Source of the DNA: Psammoneis japonica
Taxonomy: Eukaryota
Assembly (NCBI GenBank): GCA_008632985.1
Contig: QPGO01000219.1
Coordinates: 1 to 64,000 of the forward strand
Reading direction: 5' to 3'
Length of the DNA: 64,000 nt
Part shown: positions 24,480-37,960 of the stretch, piece by piece
Numbering within the stretch: the stretch's first letter is position 1
Layout: each line of letters starts with the position of its first letter
Notes under the pieces: model-generated
What the model was told of the DNA's origin: nothing
What the model saw: the letters and a program-made list of their open reading frames with translations, nothing else
Database searches by the model: none
Made by a program: the position numbers and the translations under genes

Positions 24480-27400
24480 TGACAGCCACCAGCCCATGAG
24501 GGCTTTACGACCAATTCAGAACACATCAGTGGCCAATCCTTTGGCAAACTGGCAGACAAGCTGTGCAGCAGAGCTGACAGGCTGAATCTTGATCTCCAAA
24601 GCCTCAACCCCAGTGCAAAACCAGTGGCATGGAATGCCGATGGGCTTGGTTCATGGGGACAATTTAGGCATGCAAGCAAGCTGGGGGCAAGCAGCATTGT
24701 CTTCATACACAACAGATGCTGGCAGGTTGGCAGCATTGATGGGTGAGGAATCGGTGCTGTCGTTGGCCTGCAGGAAGGCCTCGGAGTGGGCAGTTGCCTT
24801 GTTGTGAGCATCCGGTTGTGCAAAGATGTGCGTGTTAATTTCCTTCAAGATCTTGCAAAGGGGGATGAGATCGCACATTGCTTGGGAGAGTGCGACATGC
24901 TCGGCTTCCATCCCAGAAAGTGCTGCCAGGGTCTGCAGCTTGGACACCCAGACGATGGGACATCTGCCACAACAAACAACACAACTGGTGTGTGACTTGA
25001 AAGAAGTGAGGTTTTGTCCATCTTCAATGCCAAAGAGTCCTGCAAAATCAGCAACAACATGACAATCAAGCCAGCGATCTGCAGTGGGTGCTCGGATGAG
25101 ACCCTTGTCAGCAGTGTCCTTCAAGTGCCAAAGAATGTGCTTGATTTCAACAGCATGGGAGGCCTTGGGAGCAAAGGAGAACTGAGCAACTTGGTGGGTG
25201 GCACAGGCAATGTCCGGGTGGCTGTTGGATGCCAGATGTGTCAACATGCTGACCATGGGCCGACAGTTGCCACAAGGTTCATCGAATGATGGGCCTTCAG
25301 AACCACTGCCAGCAGGTGCAGGAAGTGTGGGAGCAGGAGCTCTGTTGCAGTTTTCTGTCTGGGTGGCATGCAGCACTTTCTCAATTGGGCCAGGTTGGGT
25401 TCGCAGAAATCAGCCATCCTTGAGTTTCTGGATCTTCTTGATGCAAAAAAGTTGCCGACTTTGCCTGCATCATGCAGGTTGAATGCATGGCATTGCTCAT
25501 CATTGGAGACACCCAATTTAGCAATCTCAGCTTCAAGTTCTACAGATGACACTCTGGTGAACAAATCATTGTCAACACATGCCACGCACAACATGCCCTT
25601 CTTGAAACAAATGCAAGGGTTGACAGCAGACTGAATCCATCCTTGTTCAATCAATCCATGGTGCAGCTTTTCACAGAAGCACTTGGGAGACTGGCAGAGT
25701 CCATGCAGGCCTTTCAACAATTTTGGTGCCAAGTCAGCACCTGATTTCTGCTGAAAACCCTCAGGAGGCTCCACATGGACTTTCTCCTTGACATCAGCTT
25801 GGAAAAAGGTGGTGGTGCAGTCAATTTGATGAGTGGCCCAACCTTCTTTGAGCACCATTGTGAGGAGAAGCTAAATTGATGACCATTGCATGATGCGCAG
25901 GTCTTAAAACAATCAACACCTTGCACATCTGCAAATCACCATCAACACAACACTGGGCTTTGTGCTTCAAGGGTGCACCATCAGAAAGTCTTTTAAGCCA
26001 GAAAGCCCATGTGCCAGGCAATGCATTCATGTCGTCAGTCCTTGGCACGATTTCCCATGCACAACCGCGGAGCAGCGCATTCATCTCAATCTTCATGGAC
26101 CCATTTGTTGGCCCTGTGACTGCACACAGCTTCATGCAGGGATGGCACATCAGGGTCCTTGTGTTTCTTTGCAGTTGCACAAACCCTTTGCGCAAACCCT
26201 GGGATCATCAATGTTTCAGGTCTGCAAATCAATGCAGGTGTCCAGAGCAGCAAGATGCACCAACTGAGCTGCAGTCCCAAGCAACTCGTCTTTTGAGTTT
26301 GCTGGAGTAAAGAAGACTTTGTCCATGAACCTTTCAGACAGCAACTGACCCTTGTTTGATCAACTTGAACAGCACAGTGGAGGAGCTAACTCTGGAGAAG
26401 TGGAAGGAGGAGATTCCGGTGTTGTTGGCATTGTTGGAGGAGCAGGTTCAGGCAGAGTGACAGCAGGTGGTGGTTTTAACTCTGGTGGCAGTTCTGCAGG
26501 AGCACAGGCAGAGGACTGGAGGGTCATCAGGTGAATTGGGAACTTCAATGTGGACATCAGGTGTGTCTGGTGGAGGCAGTTTGAAAGCAGTCCATGCCTC
26601 TGAGCGTGAGTGGATTGTCTGGGATCTGCAGGGGCCCGGCAAAGTCATTGATGACAGAAGTGGTTTCAGGGTCACAGAATCACAGAAGTCAAACCCGTGA
26701 TGGTGGATGCTTGGAGGTGAGTTCTCACAGGTGTCATTAAAAGATGGGTTGCTTGCTTCATGCACAAGGTCGTCCAACATGCTGTCTGACAGTCTTTCCA
26801 TGTGACTTGATGTGGCGCAATGAAACACAACTGGATTCTTGATCTCTCATGCAGTGTGCAGGCTGAAAACAACTCAAGAGCTGGCAGTTCCAAGTTAAAG
26901 GAGGACAGAGCATTGGAGAGCTTGTGGAAATTGTCAGTGTCTTTGAGGTCAACCGTCTTGACCAAGATTGGAGCTGGTTTGGCCATGGCAGTTTCCCTCT
27001 TGGCCATTAGAGCAGGAGTGAAAGATGCAGAAGCAATGACCACAGGAGGGCTGCCCACAGCATTGTCAACAGGAGTGCACCACATGCCACAATGGACAAG
27101 TTCTTCATTGGCGTCAGAGTCCTTGTCCAACGGTGGAGCCATTGTTTGCTCAGGAGGACCAAATGGGACACCCGCAGAAGGATCATTTGCAGCAGAGAGA
27201 TTTGCTGAAGCAGCGGCACTGGAGGTGGGTGAAAATTTGCTGGTGTGTTCAGCACTTGAATGGCCTTGGCACATGCCCATCTCACCAGTTTCCTTGTTGA
27301 TGCACTTGTCACACAATTTCCAGAGCATGCCTTTGTCATCAGTGAGGGTGGGTCCCTTGTTCACGAAATGCCAGGTGGGCTTGGAAGGTTTTGGTTTTGG

Positions 27401-28800
27401 AGATGGTGAGTCCCTGTCTGTCTTCTTTGTGTTGTTCTTGGACTCATCTGCTTTCACCCTCTGCACTGCCATGTGCTCTTTCTCACATGCAGAACACGCA
27501 TGCTTGGTGCATCCAACCACACCACATCCCTGCAGCAATGCTTGTCCTTGATGGAAGTGTTGCTCGACTTGGGGAGTTTAGCTGTTGGCATGGGTCATGG
27601 CAATCCAGCCAATGTGGCCAACAGGCCCTGAAATTGTGCAGTCAGAGTGGTTTGGCACTTTGGCCAGGTTGCAGAGACAACACTTTTGTGTTCCATCTTC
27701 TTAACATCATCCATCTTCAAGAATGCTTGATGATTAAAGAACTTGGATGAAGTCTTGGATGCTTTGGTTAAAATGGCAGAACCTGTGTCAACCAGCAGCA
27801 CACAGTCCATCTTCACAATCTTGGCCAGAGGAAGAGCTTTGGCCACAAGCTCAGTGCAATCCTTGCCAGGGTGGAACTTGAGCAACAGTGCCTTGAGCTT
27901 CTCCTTGGTGGACTTGACATCAACAAGAGCACTTGCATTGCAAGTGTCCAGAGCCATCACAAACAACACTGACCCTGGAAGATCCTTGAAGTCCTTGATG
28001 TGGTTGAACTTGACTTTGATCTTCTTGCAGGACGTTTCCGTGATTTGAGACTTGACTTGGAGTTGAGAGAGACCGACATTGTCCTTCTTGTAATTGTCAC
28101 AGCCTTTGTCACCTGAAGCAGCATTGCAAGACTTGCACTCCTTCTCAAGAAGGTTGCTGACAGAGATGGCATGAAGGGAGTCTAACAGACAAACAACCTT
28201 GCCAACAGACGTCCTCTTTCAATGGCAGAAAATTTCTTGCCCGTGCAACTGACAAGGTCTTGGATGGTTTTGACAAAGTCTTCCTTGTCCAGTTTGGTGC
28301 TTGGACCATTGGACAGCTTGATTTGACTGTTGAACTTTGAGACAGTTGCTGAAGCAAGTTGTTCACAAAGGGATTGCTTGATGGACTTGACAGCCTTTGG
28401 ACGGCAATGCTGAGAGTGTCATCAAGAAGAGACCCACCAAGGCACATGCCACAAGAGGGATGCAATCCACCATGGATGTGCGTTGGATGCTTGCATGGCT
28501 CCAAAAGCCTTGGCAAACTTCTTGAATGTTTCCAGATCCAATCTGGGAGCAGTGGCATCAGAATCAGACATGATGCTGGATGAGGATTTGACACAAAAGA
28601 TCAGCTGCAAGGACAGGATTGCAGTGCAGAAGATCACCACAGGATGGGATGTCATCACAATGCAGTGCAGAGGAAGACAATCACAATTGACTGGAGATGA
28701 CATTTTGACCTGACGGTTTTGTGTGTCACTCTGGTTGCTGTTGCCAGAAGACTCAATGGACATTTCTTCCAGAAGCAGAGATTGATGACTGGAAGTGTCA
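24480..28800 (-). mobile_element. Decayed Ty1/Copia (CoDi-like) LTR retrotransposon: gag-like region ~26700-28600, RT ~25200-26200, RNase H ~24500-25100
   Basis: LPGTWAFWLKRLSDG..KHKAQCCVDGDLQ, HQIDCTTTFFQAD, LLKGLHGLCQSPK, CVACVDNDL (YVDD), HPDIACATHQVAQF, LDCHVVADFAG, WVSKLQT..ALSGMEAEHVALS, VYEDNAAC. No integrase recognised. Confidence 0.9.
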
Positions 28801-30219
28801 TCCATGAATCACACTTGGCATTTGACTCGTGACTCTGCAGGCTGGAACTTTGTTGTGTTTGAACTTTGTTGTTTCAAGAAACACAGCCACAGTTGTCTTC
28901 AAATGTCCTCAGGCTGTCCTTGTGACATTTTTGTGTTTGACAAACATGTGTTGACTCATCTGAACAAGAGACAAAATGCCACGGGGGCACTCCTGGTGTT
29001 GAGAAAAAGCACATGGGCTCTGTGCAACCACCATGCAGGAGCACACCATGGACAAAATAAAAAATGTTGCTGTGGTTCACACAAACAGTGGTTCAGTGGA
29101 AGGGATGTTTAAAATGCACCCTGAACAGAACTCAGATGCAACACAGAAACTGAGATGAGGGAAGAGGCATCTCCTCCTGGCCTGCTGTGACACACTCAAT
29201 GAGTGCACCCTCACCATCATCTGACAGCAGCAACTTGAGAATTCTCTGAACATGAGCTCCTCTGAGCTGTCACTTTTGGTGACCTCTGTCCTTTGCACAG
29301 CTTTGTTGGGCTTGCCAAGCTCTCCATCTGGCTGTTGCTGATGCCTCCTTTTGCAGCACTCCAGATTTCTTCCATGGGCCCTCTCATGACACTCCCAGCC
29401 AGCCACAAGCTTTTGTCAGCTCCTCACTCTCACCAGCTGCTGGGAACTGTGCCCTGCTCTCTGCCCACTGCTTCACTCACATGCTGCTGCAAGTGGGGCA
29501 AGCTGTCTCTTTGGAAGCTTTTTGCTGCATCACCTGTCAAACCTGGTTCAGAGGATGGACTTGCAAGTTTGAGGGCAGACTCATCATTCCATCACACACC
29601 ACAAAACAGTTTGCAGCTTTGAAACAGAGCAAAAGCAGCTGCTGCTTGACAAAGCCACAGCCTGGAAGCAAGGTGTGGAACAACAAATGGTGTGGCATGT
29701 TGATGAGCCACTGCAGGGAGGAGGGCAGTCCTCATTGCCATCTGCTGGTCCAAAAACCATGTCAGCAACAACCATTTTTAAGTCATGGAAGAGCCTCTGT
29801 TTTAACAGTTGTCAACTTGACACCATTTTGGACATCTCACATTTCTCTTGTGGAAGAACTCAAGGTCAATCAAATCTGCTGTGTTTGGAGCCATGAAAGC
29901 TGGCTTGGTCTCTGTGAACAATTTGTTGGAGTCAAAGTCACACACCATGTTTGCACAGCTTGTTTGTGTGATTTCAAATGTGCATGTTGCTTGTCCTTGC
30001 AAAAGCTCATCAGCCTTGTTTCTCAAAGTTTTGCAGCAGCTCACTTGCTTGCAACTGGCAATGGGCTGCATCTGCTGGGGACAGCTCAGCGTTCATGACC
30101 TTGTCACCCCCAAAGCTGCACTGACTGAAGATCTTGAACAGATTTGATTGATTGTGGACAAAGCTCTCTCTTTGTGGCTGCTTCTGAAGCTTCCCCAATT
30201 TGTCCAAACCATGCCAATC

Positions 30220-30870
30220 TTTAGAAAGCTGTGATCAAGGCAATCTCAGATGGTTGTGACACCACAACAGCCCATGTTGAGACACTTTTCTCTTCTTCTG
30301 TCCTGGTGCATTTCCAATCTTTTGCATGTTGGGATGATGTGTTTGATGCTCCATGCATGAAGTTGTCTTGTGCCTTGGGTTCTGCACCTCCACCGGCTGC
30401 TGCTGCAGGCACCACCACCAAGGGCTGTTTGCTCTGCAGCTTTGTTGCCTGGAAGAAGCTTGGCATGACCTTCCTCCTGCTTGTCTTTGGCAACTTCAAC
30501 TTGATGCACACCTCAAATGATGCATTGGTCTCCATTCAATGTGTCCTTCAGATGCATCATCTCAAACATGGTCCAGGTGCTGCTTTCAAGCAGCTGGTGC
30601 ACAGGCTCCTGATGCTTCTCCAGACAAAGGGCAAGAATGTTTTATCCTGCCACAACATGGTTTGCACATTGCACAGGAACAACAGGTGCTCTTCACATGC
30701 ACCTGCAGAAAAGTGCTGAAAACTCAGTTCAAGCACAGGACTGTCAGCATTGGCTGGAGGGTTCCTGAGCTCAAATGTCAAACTCACCTTTTGACAGTGC
30801 CTTCTCTTCTCCAGATGTTGCAAAGGAATTGGCAGCTCACTCCACTCATTCATGATTGGTTGGTTCATCA
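30220..30870 (-). mobile_element. Gypsy-type gag relic (copy 1 of 3)
   Basis: PIPLQHLEK...LTFELRNPPANADSP.LELS..FSAGACEEHLLFL; DNA similarity to 31930-32170 and 45190-45440. Confidence 0.7.
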
Positions 30871-31899
30871 ACTGTGGTGTTGAAACCTGGCACACTTGCA
30901 TGAATGTGTGCAAAAGAAGGGAGTTGGCAGACAAGAATCCTGCAGCTTCAGAGGTCAATTCATGCCAAAAAAACACCAAGAAAAGACAAGGATTCTGATG
31001 AAGGTGAGTGTTGAGTGAGTGCTTGTCAATTGTTGATCAGTTGATGCCTGCTGGTGATGATGAGCCACCTGAGTTCAAACTGCCAGCCAAGAAGCAGTGG
31101 AAAAGCAGCCCAAGTGCATCTCTTTTCCAGTTGCAACAACACAAGTTGTGTGCACCTGGCATGGTCAGGGGGTGGTGTCCCTGACCACCATGGCCCAAAG
31201 CAGTGAAATCATGCTTCACAAGAAGCTGCAAAGTGGTTTGATGTGACAAGCTGCTTTGGTGCCACCTTGGGGCCAGACAAAAGAAAATTCAAAGAAAGGG
31301 ACTCTGCAGTGGGCACACATTTTGGGCTGTGAACAGAAAAAGTAGAGTCACACATGTGCGGCAAGGACAGCTCACACAAAAATGCATTTGAGTGTGCAGC
31401 AAAAAATCAAGAACTGTCAGCAGCTGGAGTCAGTGTGTCAGTTGGTCCCAGGCCCTCAAATTGCTCAAATTGTGAAACTGGGGTGTCAAGACACACAAGA
31501 AGCCAGCTGTGGCCATGGCAACTACATGTCTGTGAGATGAGTGAGAAGAGTCATCTCATGGACTTGATCTGCTGGTCCAAGATGTGGATCTCTGCACTCT
31601 TGGTGTGCCAACACCCTCCATCCTGTCCCCTGATCAAAGCATGTTGCAGACTCCAAAGAAAAAGCAATGACATGAAGGCTGAACTTGCAAGTGTTCAAAC
31701 TGAAAAAATCAGCAAGCTCATGGGTGCTGCTGTTCTTGAGCAAATCTTGAGAATTTTCCAACAGCTGTGCTTGCAGCCAGCAGCCTTGATGTTCATGTTT
31801 GGCCGTTGCCTGGGAAGTCCACTGCCAATGTCAAGGCACATGTGTCATTTTGCCCTGCCATGACACAATGGGAGCCAGCCTGCACTGCACAGACACAAT

Positions 31900-32200
31900 G
31901 GCTGGGTGTGCACTTCACACGCTGGCAAAAAAGTGCAGAACATTCAGCTTGTGTGTTGGGCTGTCAGCATCAGCTCTGACAAGTTCCTGAGCTCACATGT
32001 CAAGCACTCTCTTTTTGACAATGCCTTCTTCTCCAGACATTTCAGCAGAGTTGGTGTGGCTCAACCTGCTCATTCATGATTGGTTGATTTGTTGTTGGTG
32101 TGGCTGACATCACAACCTTGGGCACTTGTGGGAGCAACACCACTGTGCCTGGTGCACTGTCAGGTGATGACATGGGGAAACAGCAGAGGGTGCCAAAGCT
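31900..32200 (-). mobile_element. Gypsy-type gag 5' fragment (copy 2 of 3)
   Basis: Shares ttcctgagctca(a/c)a, ttttgaca(g/a)tgcctt and catg(a/g)ttgg with the other copies, and gtgcactgtcaggtgatg with copy 3. Confidence 0.65.
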
Positions 32201-32449
32201 GCATTTTGTGAAAGCAGTTGTGAGGCTGGTTTGTCTCTAAAAAATGGAGTGGTGTGAGCAGGAAATGTGGAAATTCTCTTGTTGATTTGCACCATGGGCT
32301 GCACTGAAGCTGTGTTGATTTGGCCCACGGCTGGCTTCATTCAGAGTTTGCACAAGTTTTGAAAAAACCAGATGCATCATCACATGTGCTTGCCAAATAA
32401 ATTTCAACAATGAGCCAACTTTTGTCCATTTGCAAAACAACAAAGAGTC

Positions 32450-32840
32450 CACTGATGATGATGATCATGGCCATGCATCATGTTCAGCTTGGCAACTCTG
32501 GACATGTCATTTGCAGCCGGTCAAATGCCAGCTGCTGGCATTTCCTGGGAAGTTGTGCCTTGTCCAACCACAATCAGTGCATTTTTGGCAAAAAACAGTG
32601 GTTTGCTTGTTGAATGTGACAGCTGTGGCAAATTCAAAAATTGGCATTTTGAATTTGAAGGTTGATCAGCACAGTTTGCATGAAGGTGTTGCAGCCCTGG
32701 TGGGCAGTGGACATGTTCCAAGTGTTTGGGGGAACTCAAGAGAGGCATTCAAAACAACATGAACAAAGCACAAGCTGTTTAAAAATTTGCCAAGAGCTGA
32801 TTGCTCATCCTTTTTTTTCAGCTGCATTTAAGTTTCTTGG
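32450..32840 (+). mobile_element. Highly decayed Gypsy RT/RNase H connection fragment
   Basis: AALVGSGHVPSVWGNSREAFKT and QELIAHPFFSAAF resemble 'LTG..FVWG.EQQKAF...LLAYPDFSKPF'. Confidence 0.4.
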
Positions 32841-33449
32841 CTCTGACATTGTCTGCATGTCATCATGTGTGCACATGCATGCTGTGCCTGCATTGCTGTG
32901 CCTGCATGTGTCATCATCTTTGTGTCAATGGCCTGAGTTGTTGATCCACAGGCCCCCCTGTGCTGCCATGATGCATGCTTGCACAGTGCAGCAAACTAAA
33001 AGGAGAGAAATGATTGGTCCCAGCAACTCTGCCATTTGCATGTCCTTTCTACAAATCATTCTGTGTGCACAAGCAAAGCACAAATAAACTGAGCATGCTG
33101 CATGTGGCTGGTGTTGACTGCACACGCTGACCACAACAGCTGAAAACTGGAGCATGCTCTGGAGTGGTCAACAAGAAACAACAATTTGTTCCCTGTCCCA
33201 TGAGACATGCTGCTTGGCTCCCTTTTTTTGGGAGATGACAAACCCAACATGCAAGCACACCTTTTCGGAGAGCAATGATCTCACCACCCAAGAGGATTGG
33301 CAGAGCTGAGATTTCAAGGATGACCATGAAGAAATTTGGGAGGGCAAGCCATTTGGTGGAACCATCATTTGGTCTTGACAAAAGAGAGTCACCCATCTTT
33401 CTCACTTTTGGTGTGCACAGGACCAGCACGCAGCACAGTCACTGACTTT

Positions 33450-36400
33450 CCTGTGCATGCCAAAGAAACAACACCATTGCGAGCATGAGCTGAGGAAGGG
33501 TGGCTTTTAAATGATGACAAATGATGGCAAGTGCAAAGGAGGAAACCTGTTGCAGCATTGCTTGGTTGCAGAGAAGGAAGACAAGTTGCTTGACAATGTT
33601 GTTTTTTTCATTTTTGAGCATCTTGAGCACATCAAGTGAAGAGGTGCCTTTGGCCAAGAAAGGGATGGAGGAGGAGAGGAAAAAGTTCAGAGCCTGCATG
33701 GCTGCAAAGGAGGGGGGACTCAAGAGCTCAGAGACTGCCTGGCTGTGAGGGAGAAAAACATGAAGGTGTCTGCAATCTTGAAGCCACTGAGCTGCAGATC
33801 CATGTCATCCCTGTTCAAAGATGCTGTGCAAGCAGCAGCAATGAAAGGGACCAAGAATGCCTGTTTGTCACAGATTTTCATGCAAAGGGGCATGATCAGA
33901 CTGCCCAACATGACATGCTGCTCCACACTTGTGCCTTGGACCCAGCCTTGGCTGGCTGTGTTTTGGGCACCATGATTGACAAAGCATCTTTTTCACAAGT
34001 CCATCTGTTGTGCCAAAGAAAGGCATTTGCACTGTGCAAAGCTGCAAGGACTGTTGCAGGCCAACATCAGCTGGTGGAAGCAAGGGCAGTGCACATCCCC
34101 ATTGAGGATCCTTGCCTGATCCAAAGACATGATGCACCAGTTGGTTTGTGGCAAACTGTGCTGCACCACCCCACTGAGACCTTGTTGGTGCTTGGTCGTT
34201 GACGTTGTGTGTTTCCCACCAACCTCATGTGCACTCTGGGAGTTGACTGGTGTCATGGAGCAGGTACCAGCACACACATTGACTTCTGACAGCCCAACAA
34301 ACTCATCTGTGGCACATTGCAGCTGCTGATTTTTCTTGTGGTTGTTGAAGAGTGGGAGTCCCCTTGGGTTTTGCAATGCTGTTCTTAACGCAGATTCTTG
34401 TTTTTTCTGTGAATCATCCCCCCAATCCTCACCTGGGTGGACGGCTCTCTTGCCTGGTGCTAAAGGCTGTTGTCTAAATTCCCGCACATTGTTTGTCATG
34501 CAGTTTCATCACCTTTGGCACCCACTCCTCTGTCCAACTTGATGAGTGCCCCCCTCCCCACACCCATCTAAGAGTTGGCCCCATCTCTCAGCTCCTGCTT
34601 TCACAGGCTCTTGGTCTGCAGCACCCAATTGTTGGGGTCTGGTTTGCCTTGGATGGCATCATTCTCAGGGGGGTTGCCTTGGATGGCATCATTCTCAGGG
34701 GGCTGGGTGGCCTTGCCTGCAGGGGGGGGGGTTGATTGGGCTCACCCTGTCCTTGCAATGCTGCGGTGGGTTCATTCTGACATGTTGAGTTTGCCAGCTG
34801 GACTTGAACTTGAAGGTTCCTGATGATGGCTTCCATCTCAGCTGTCTGTGTTTACATCTGTTCTGGTTCATCTGCAGTTAAGGTGGATGTGCTTTGCGTT
34901 GATTGAAGCTGGTGAATTAAGTTGATGAGGCCTGTTCCAATGGGCAATTTGAGCCCATTGTGGCCACAGATTTGTTGGTGACATCCGGGCAGAAATCACA
35001 TTGGCTTCAATGCATCTTGGGGGCTGGTTGTTCAGGCAGCTTGGGTTTGTTGCTTGCCTCAGGCTTGGATCTGTCTGTGAAGATTGTGAACCAAAGATCC
35101 TTGTCTCCTTCAAGCAACTCAGCTGGGGTGAGGTCTTCCTCAGTTGCTGCTGCTGCGCCATTGGAAGGATCAAAGATGAGAGAGTCAGCCAGCTTGTTGG
35201 CAGCAGTCATGAAGTTCAGATGGTGTTGCTCATCTGAGTGGCGGTGCTTTAAGAGTGGCAGGAGACTGGTGATTCTTCCTCTTGCTTTGTTGGACAGCTT
35301 GGGCAAAAAGTTGAATTTTGTGCATCCCGGCATTTTCTTGTGCTTGTTGATGACTGGGAAAAGTTTCTCTCCTGGGTGCTTGTTGGAATCCATCTGCGTT
35401 GTTGCCTCACACAAGGATTTGCTGTTTGGCTGACTTTCAGATTTGCAGCCAAGTTCAAAGATCTGGTCCATTGATTCCTGGCAGCAGTCATTGCTTCTCA
35501 TCATCCTGACAAAAGTGTCTTGCCCAGCTCGCAGCATCTGTGCACCCCATTTTGACCAGTCATTGAAGACGTTTCTACAGCTTGGAACGAAATGGCAGCA
35601 TTGGCCTGAAGGGAATCTATCTTTTGGTTTTGAGGAGCAAACACGCTGCAGAGCCTTCCTGCCTTGGTGTTCCTTTTTGGAATTGGCTTCAGCTTTGGCT
35701 TCGAAAGCACAGACTTTGTTTGTCTTCATGTCCCGCCTCTGGCCTGGTTCCTGCACATGACATTTCTCCATCTAAAGCCTGCCTCCTGGCCCACAGCTTC
35801 CTGGAAAATGACCTTGTGGGCTTCACAGTTGTGGTCCTCAAAGGAACAAAGCAGCCAACCCAGCTTGGAGAGCTCCTGTGGAAGTGGCACTGAGCCAGGG
35901 TACAGTCTGACATCGTTGTCCTGGAAGAAGTGGTCAACCTCCTCCATGATGGTTTTGTGGGACTTGTTGCTTCCAATGAAGTTGTTGTGAAAAGCCTCCA
36001 CCTCCTTTTGGGTGACACAGCACTTGTGAAAGTGCTCCCTCATCTGTGCATCATTCTTGGGTGGCTCTTGTGGTTTTGTCAGTGGCTTCTTGTTCAAGCC
36101 CTCTCTCCATGGGCATGGGCACCGCATGTGTGATGTGTCCACTTCCTGGAGCAGTTCTTTGCCAGGACATCCTGATGGCATTTTCTAACCTCACTCCTGT
36201 CCTTCTTGGCAATGAACTTGATGATGAGCATGCACCTGTGTCAGTGGGTCCTGGGTGCAGCCTGAACTGCCAGCATGAGTTGCTGAACCATCTCCTGGGG
36301 GGTGGGTTTGAGGTGGAGGTTTCTGCATTCCAAGAGCTCTGATCATCCTTTGGAGCACCAGTCACTGGAGCAGCATCAGAGTTGTTTCCAGATGGGCCAT

Positions 36401-37030
36401 GGTCTTCTTGAGAGTTTTCATTTTGGGCCAGGGTGGAATTGTTTTGTTCTGGGTTGTCCTCCTCACCCTCACTGTGATTGGATTGGTTCACTCTTGGGTC
36501 AGATGCCAGCAGGAAGCAGGGGTTGTATCCTGGATCACCAGGGAACAGCAGTGAGCTGTGGCCTTGAGTTCCAATGGAGCGGGTGGGCATTGTGGCTCGT
36601 GATGTCATAAATCCCCTCTGCCTCCATGTCTGGGGTTACGTCCTGAACAGTTGGATCAACCATGACGAGTTTGAAACTGCCTGGCTTGCTTTTGAGGAGA
36701 TTTCTGAGTGAGATTGTAGCTGTTGGTGGCAGCTGATGAGGACAGTGATTCCATGTCATCAACTTGGTTGGTTTGAGTTTGTGAAGTCGTCATTCCATCC
36801 CTTCCTGCATCATCAATGGACTGTTTAGATTGTTCAACTCCAGTTGGTGTCCAAGCAACCACCCAATTGTCCATCAGCCCAATCACATGGGAGTCAGTTC
36901 TCGATTTTTTTGGTCCTTGTTTGTTTGAAGACCCTTCAGTTGCCGGAATTTCACAGTCTCTGACCATGGTGCTGCATGCATTTCCCCATCCTGGTCGCAG
37001 TTGGTCCTGTGGCACTGCTGGCATTGATTC
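33450..37030 (-). mobile_element. Decayed APE-type LINE: ORF1-like ~34900-36900 and start of ORF2 endonuclease ~33500-34400
   Basis: ORF1-like pieces LGWLLCS...QEAGFRWRNV and FNFLPKLSNKARGRITSLLPLL; endonuclease N-terminus ALQNPRGLP...EFVGLSEVNVC. Confidence 0.6.
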
Positions 37031-37034
37031 CATG

Positions 37035-37960
37035 TGTCAGATTTGAGTGGCTGTGACTTCCCTGCACACCTCTGCACAAGGGATGCACCACAGCATGTTT
37101 GTCCGCAGTTTCTGCCAGTTCACAATGTCACAGATCTTAGAGAAGTGCAATGGGCTGCATCACATCACTGCAGCCATCATGTCCCTCTCCAGCTTCCATG
37201 CTGCACCCCGTCAAGGCTGTTTGGATTGCACCAAACATGTCTGTGGATTCTTGTGCAAGATGCAACATGGTGCCCTGCAATTGCATGCCAAGGAACATGA
37301 CTGTTTGGACCTTTCTAAGCCTGTGCATGACTGGGCTCAAACCACACATGGTGATGTGGAGCAACTGATTCCCAAAGACATGCGCAGCCCTCTTGGCAAC
37401 TTTGTCGCCATGACCCATTGTGTTGATGCAAGCTTGCTCCATTGCATGCTCACTGGATGCTGTCACAGGCATCATTCTTCATTTCCTCAACAAGTTTCCA
37501 GCTGATTGGTTCCTCAAGAAACAAGCTGCAGTTGAGACTGTGACTCATGGATCTGAGTTGTTTGTTGCTGCTGGGATGTGTGTTGAACAACAGATCATTG
37601 ATCTGTGCATCACATTGCATCACCTTGTTGTCCCAATCCACAACACATGTTGCATGTTTGGGGACAACAAGTCAGTTGTGAACAGTGCCACCATCCCCCA
37701 CTCCAAGTTACACAAGCAACACACCGCCCTCTTGTTCCATCATGTGCATGAGGCAATTGCCTCCGGTTTCCTCAAGTTCGACTTCCTTGAAGGTTCCTGC
37801 AACCCCGCTGACATCCTCAGCAAACACTGGGGTTGCTCCCAGGGTTGGAACCTCCTCCATCCTCTCATGTTTTGGAGCTTTGATCCTGAGGCCTTTAGTC
37901 AATCTAACTTTGAATCTGTTGCTGTGGACTCCTCAAGCAAACTGAGGAGTGACAGGATTT
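37035..37960 (+). mobile_element. Copia (CoDi-like) RT C-terminus and RNase H, followed by a probable PPT/3' LTR start (gaggagTGACAGG, 37944-37956)
   Basis: MSLSSFHAAPRQG, THCVDASLLHCMLTG, WFLKKQAAVETVTHGSE, CMFGDNKSVV, HSKLHKQHTALLFHHVHEAIASG, NPADILSKHWG. Confidence 0.92.
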
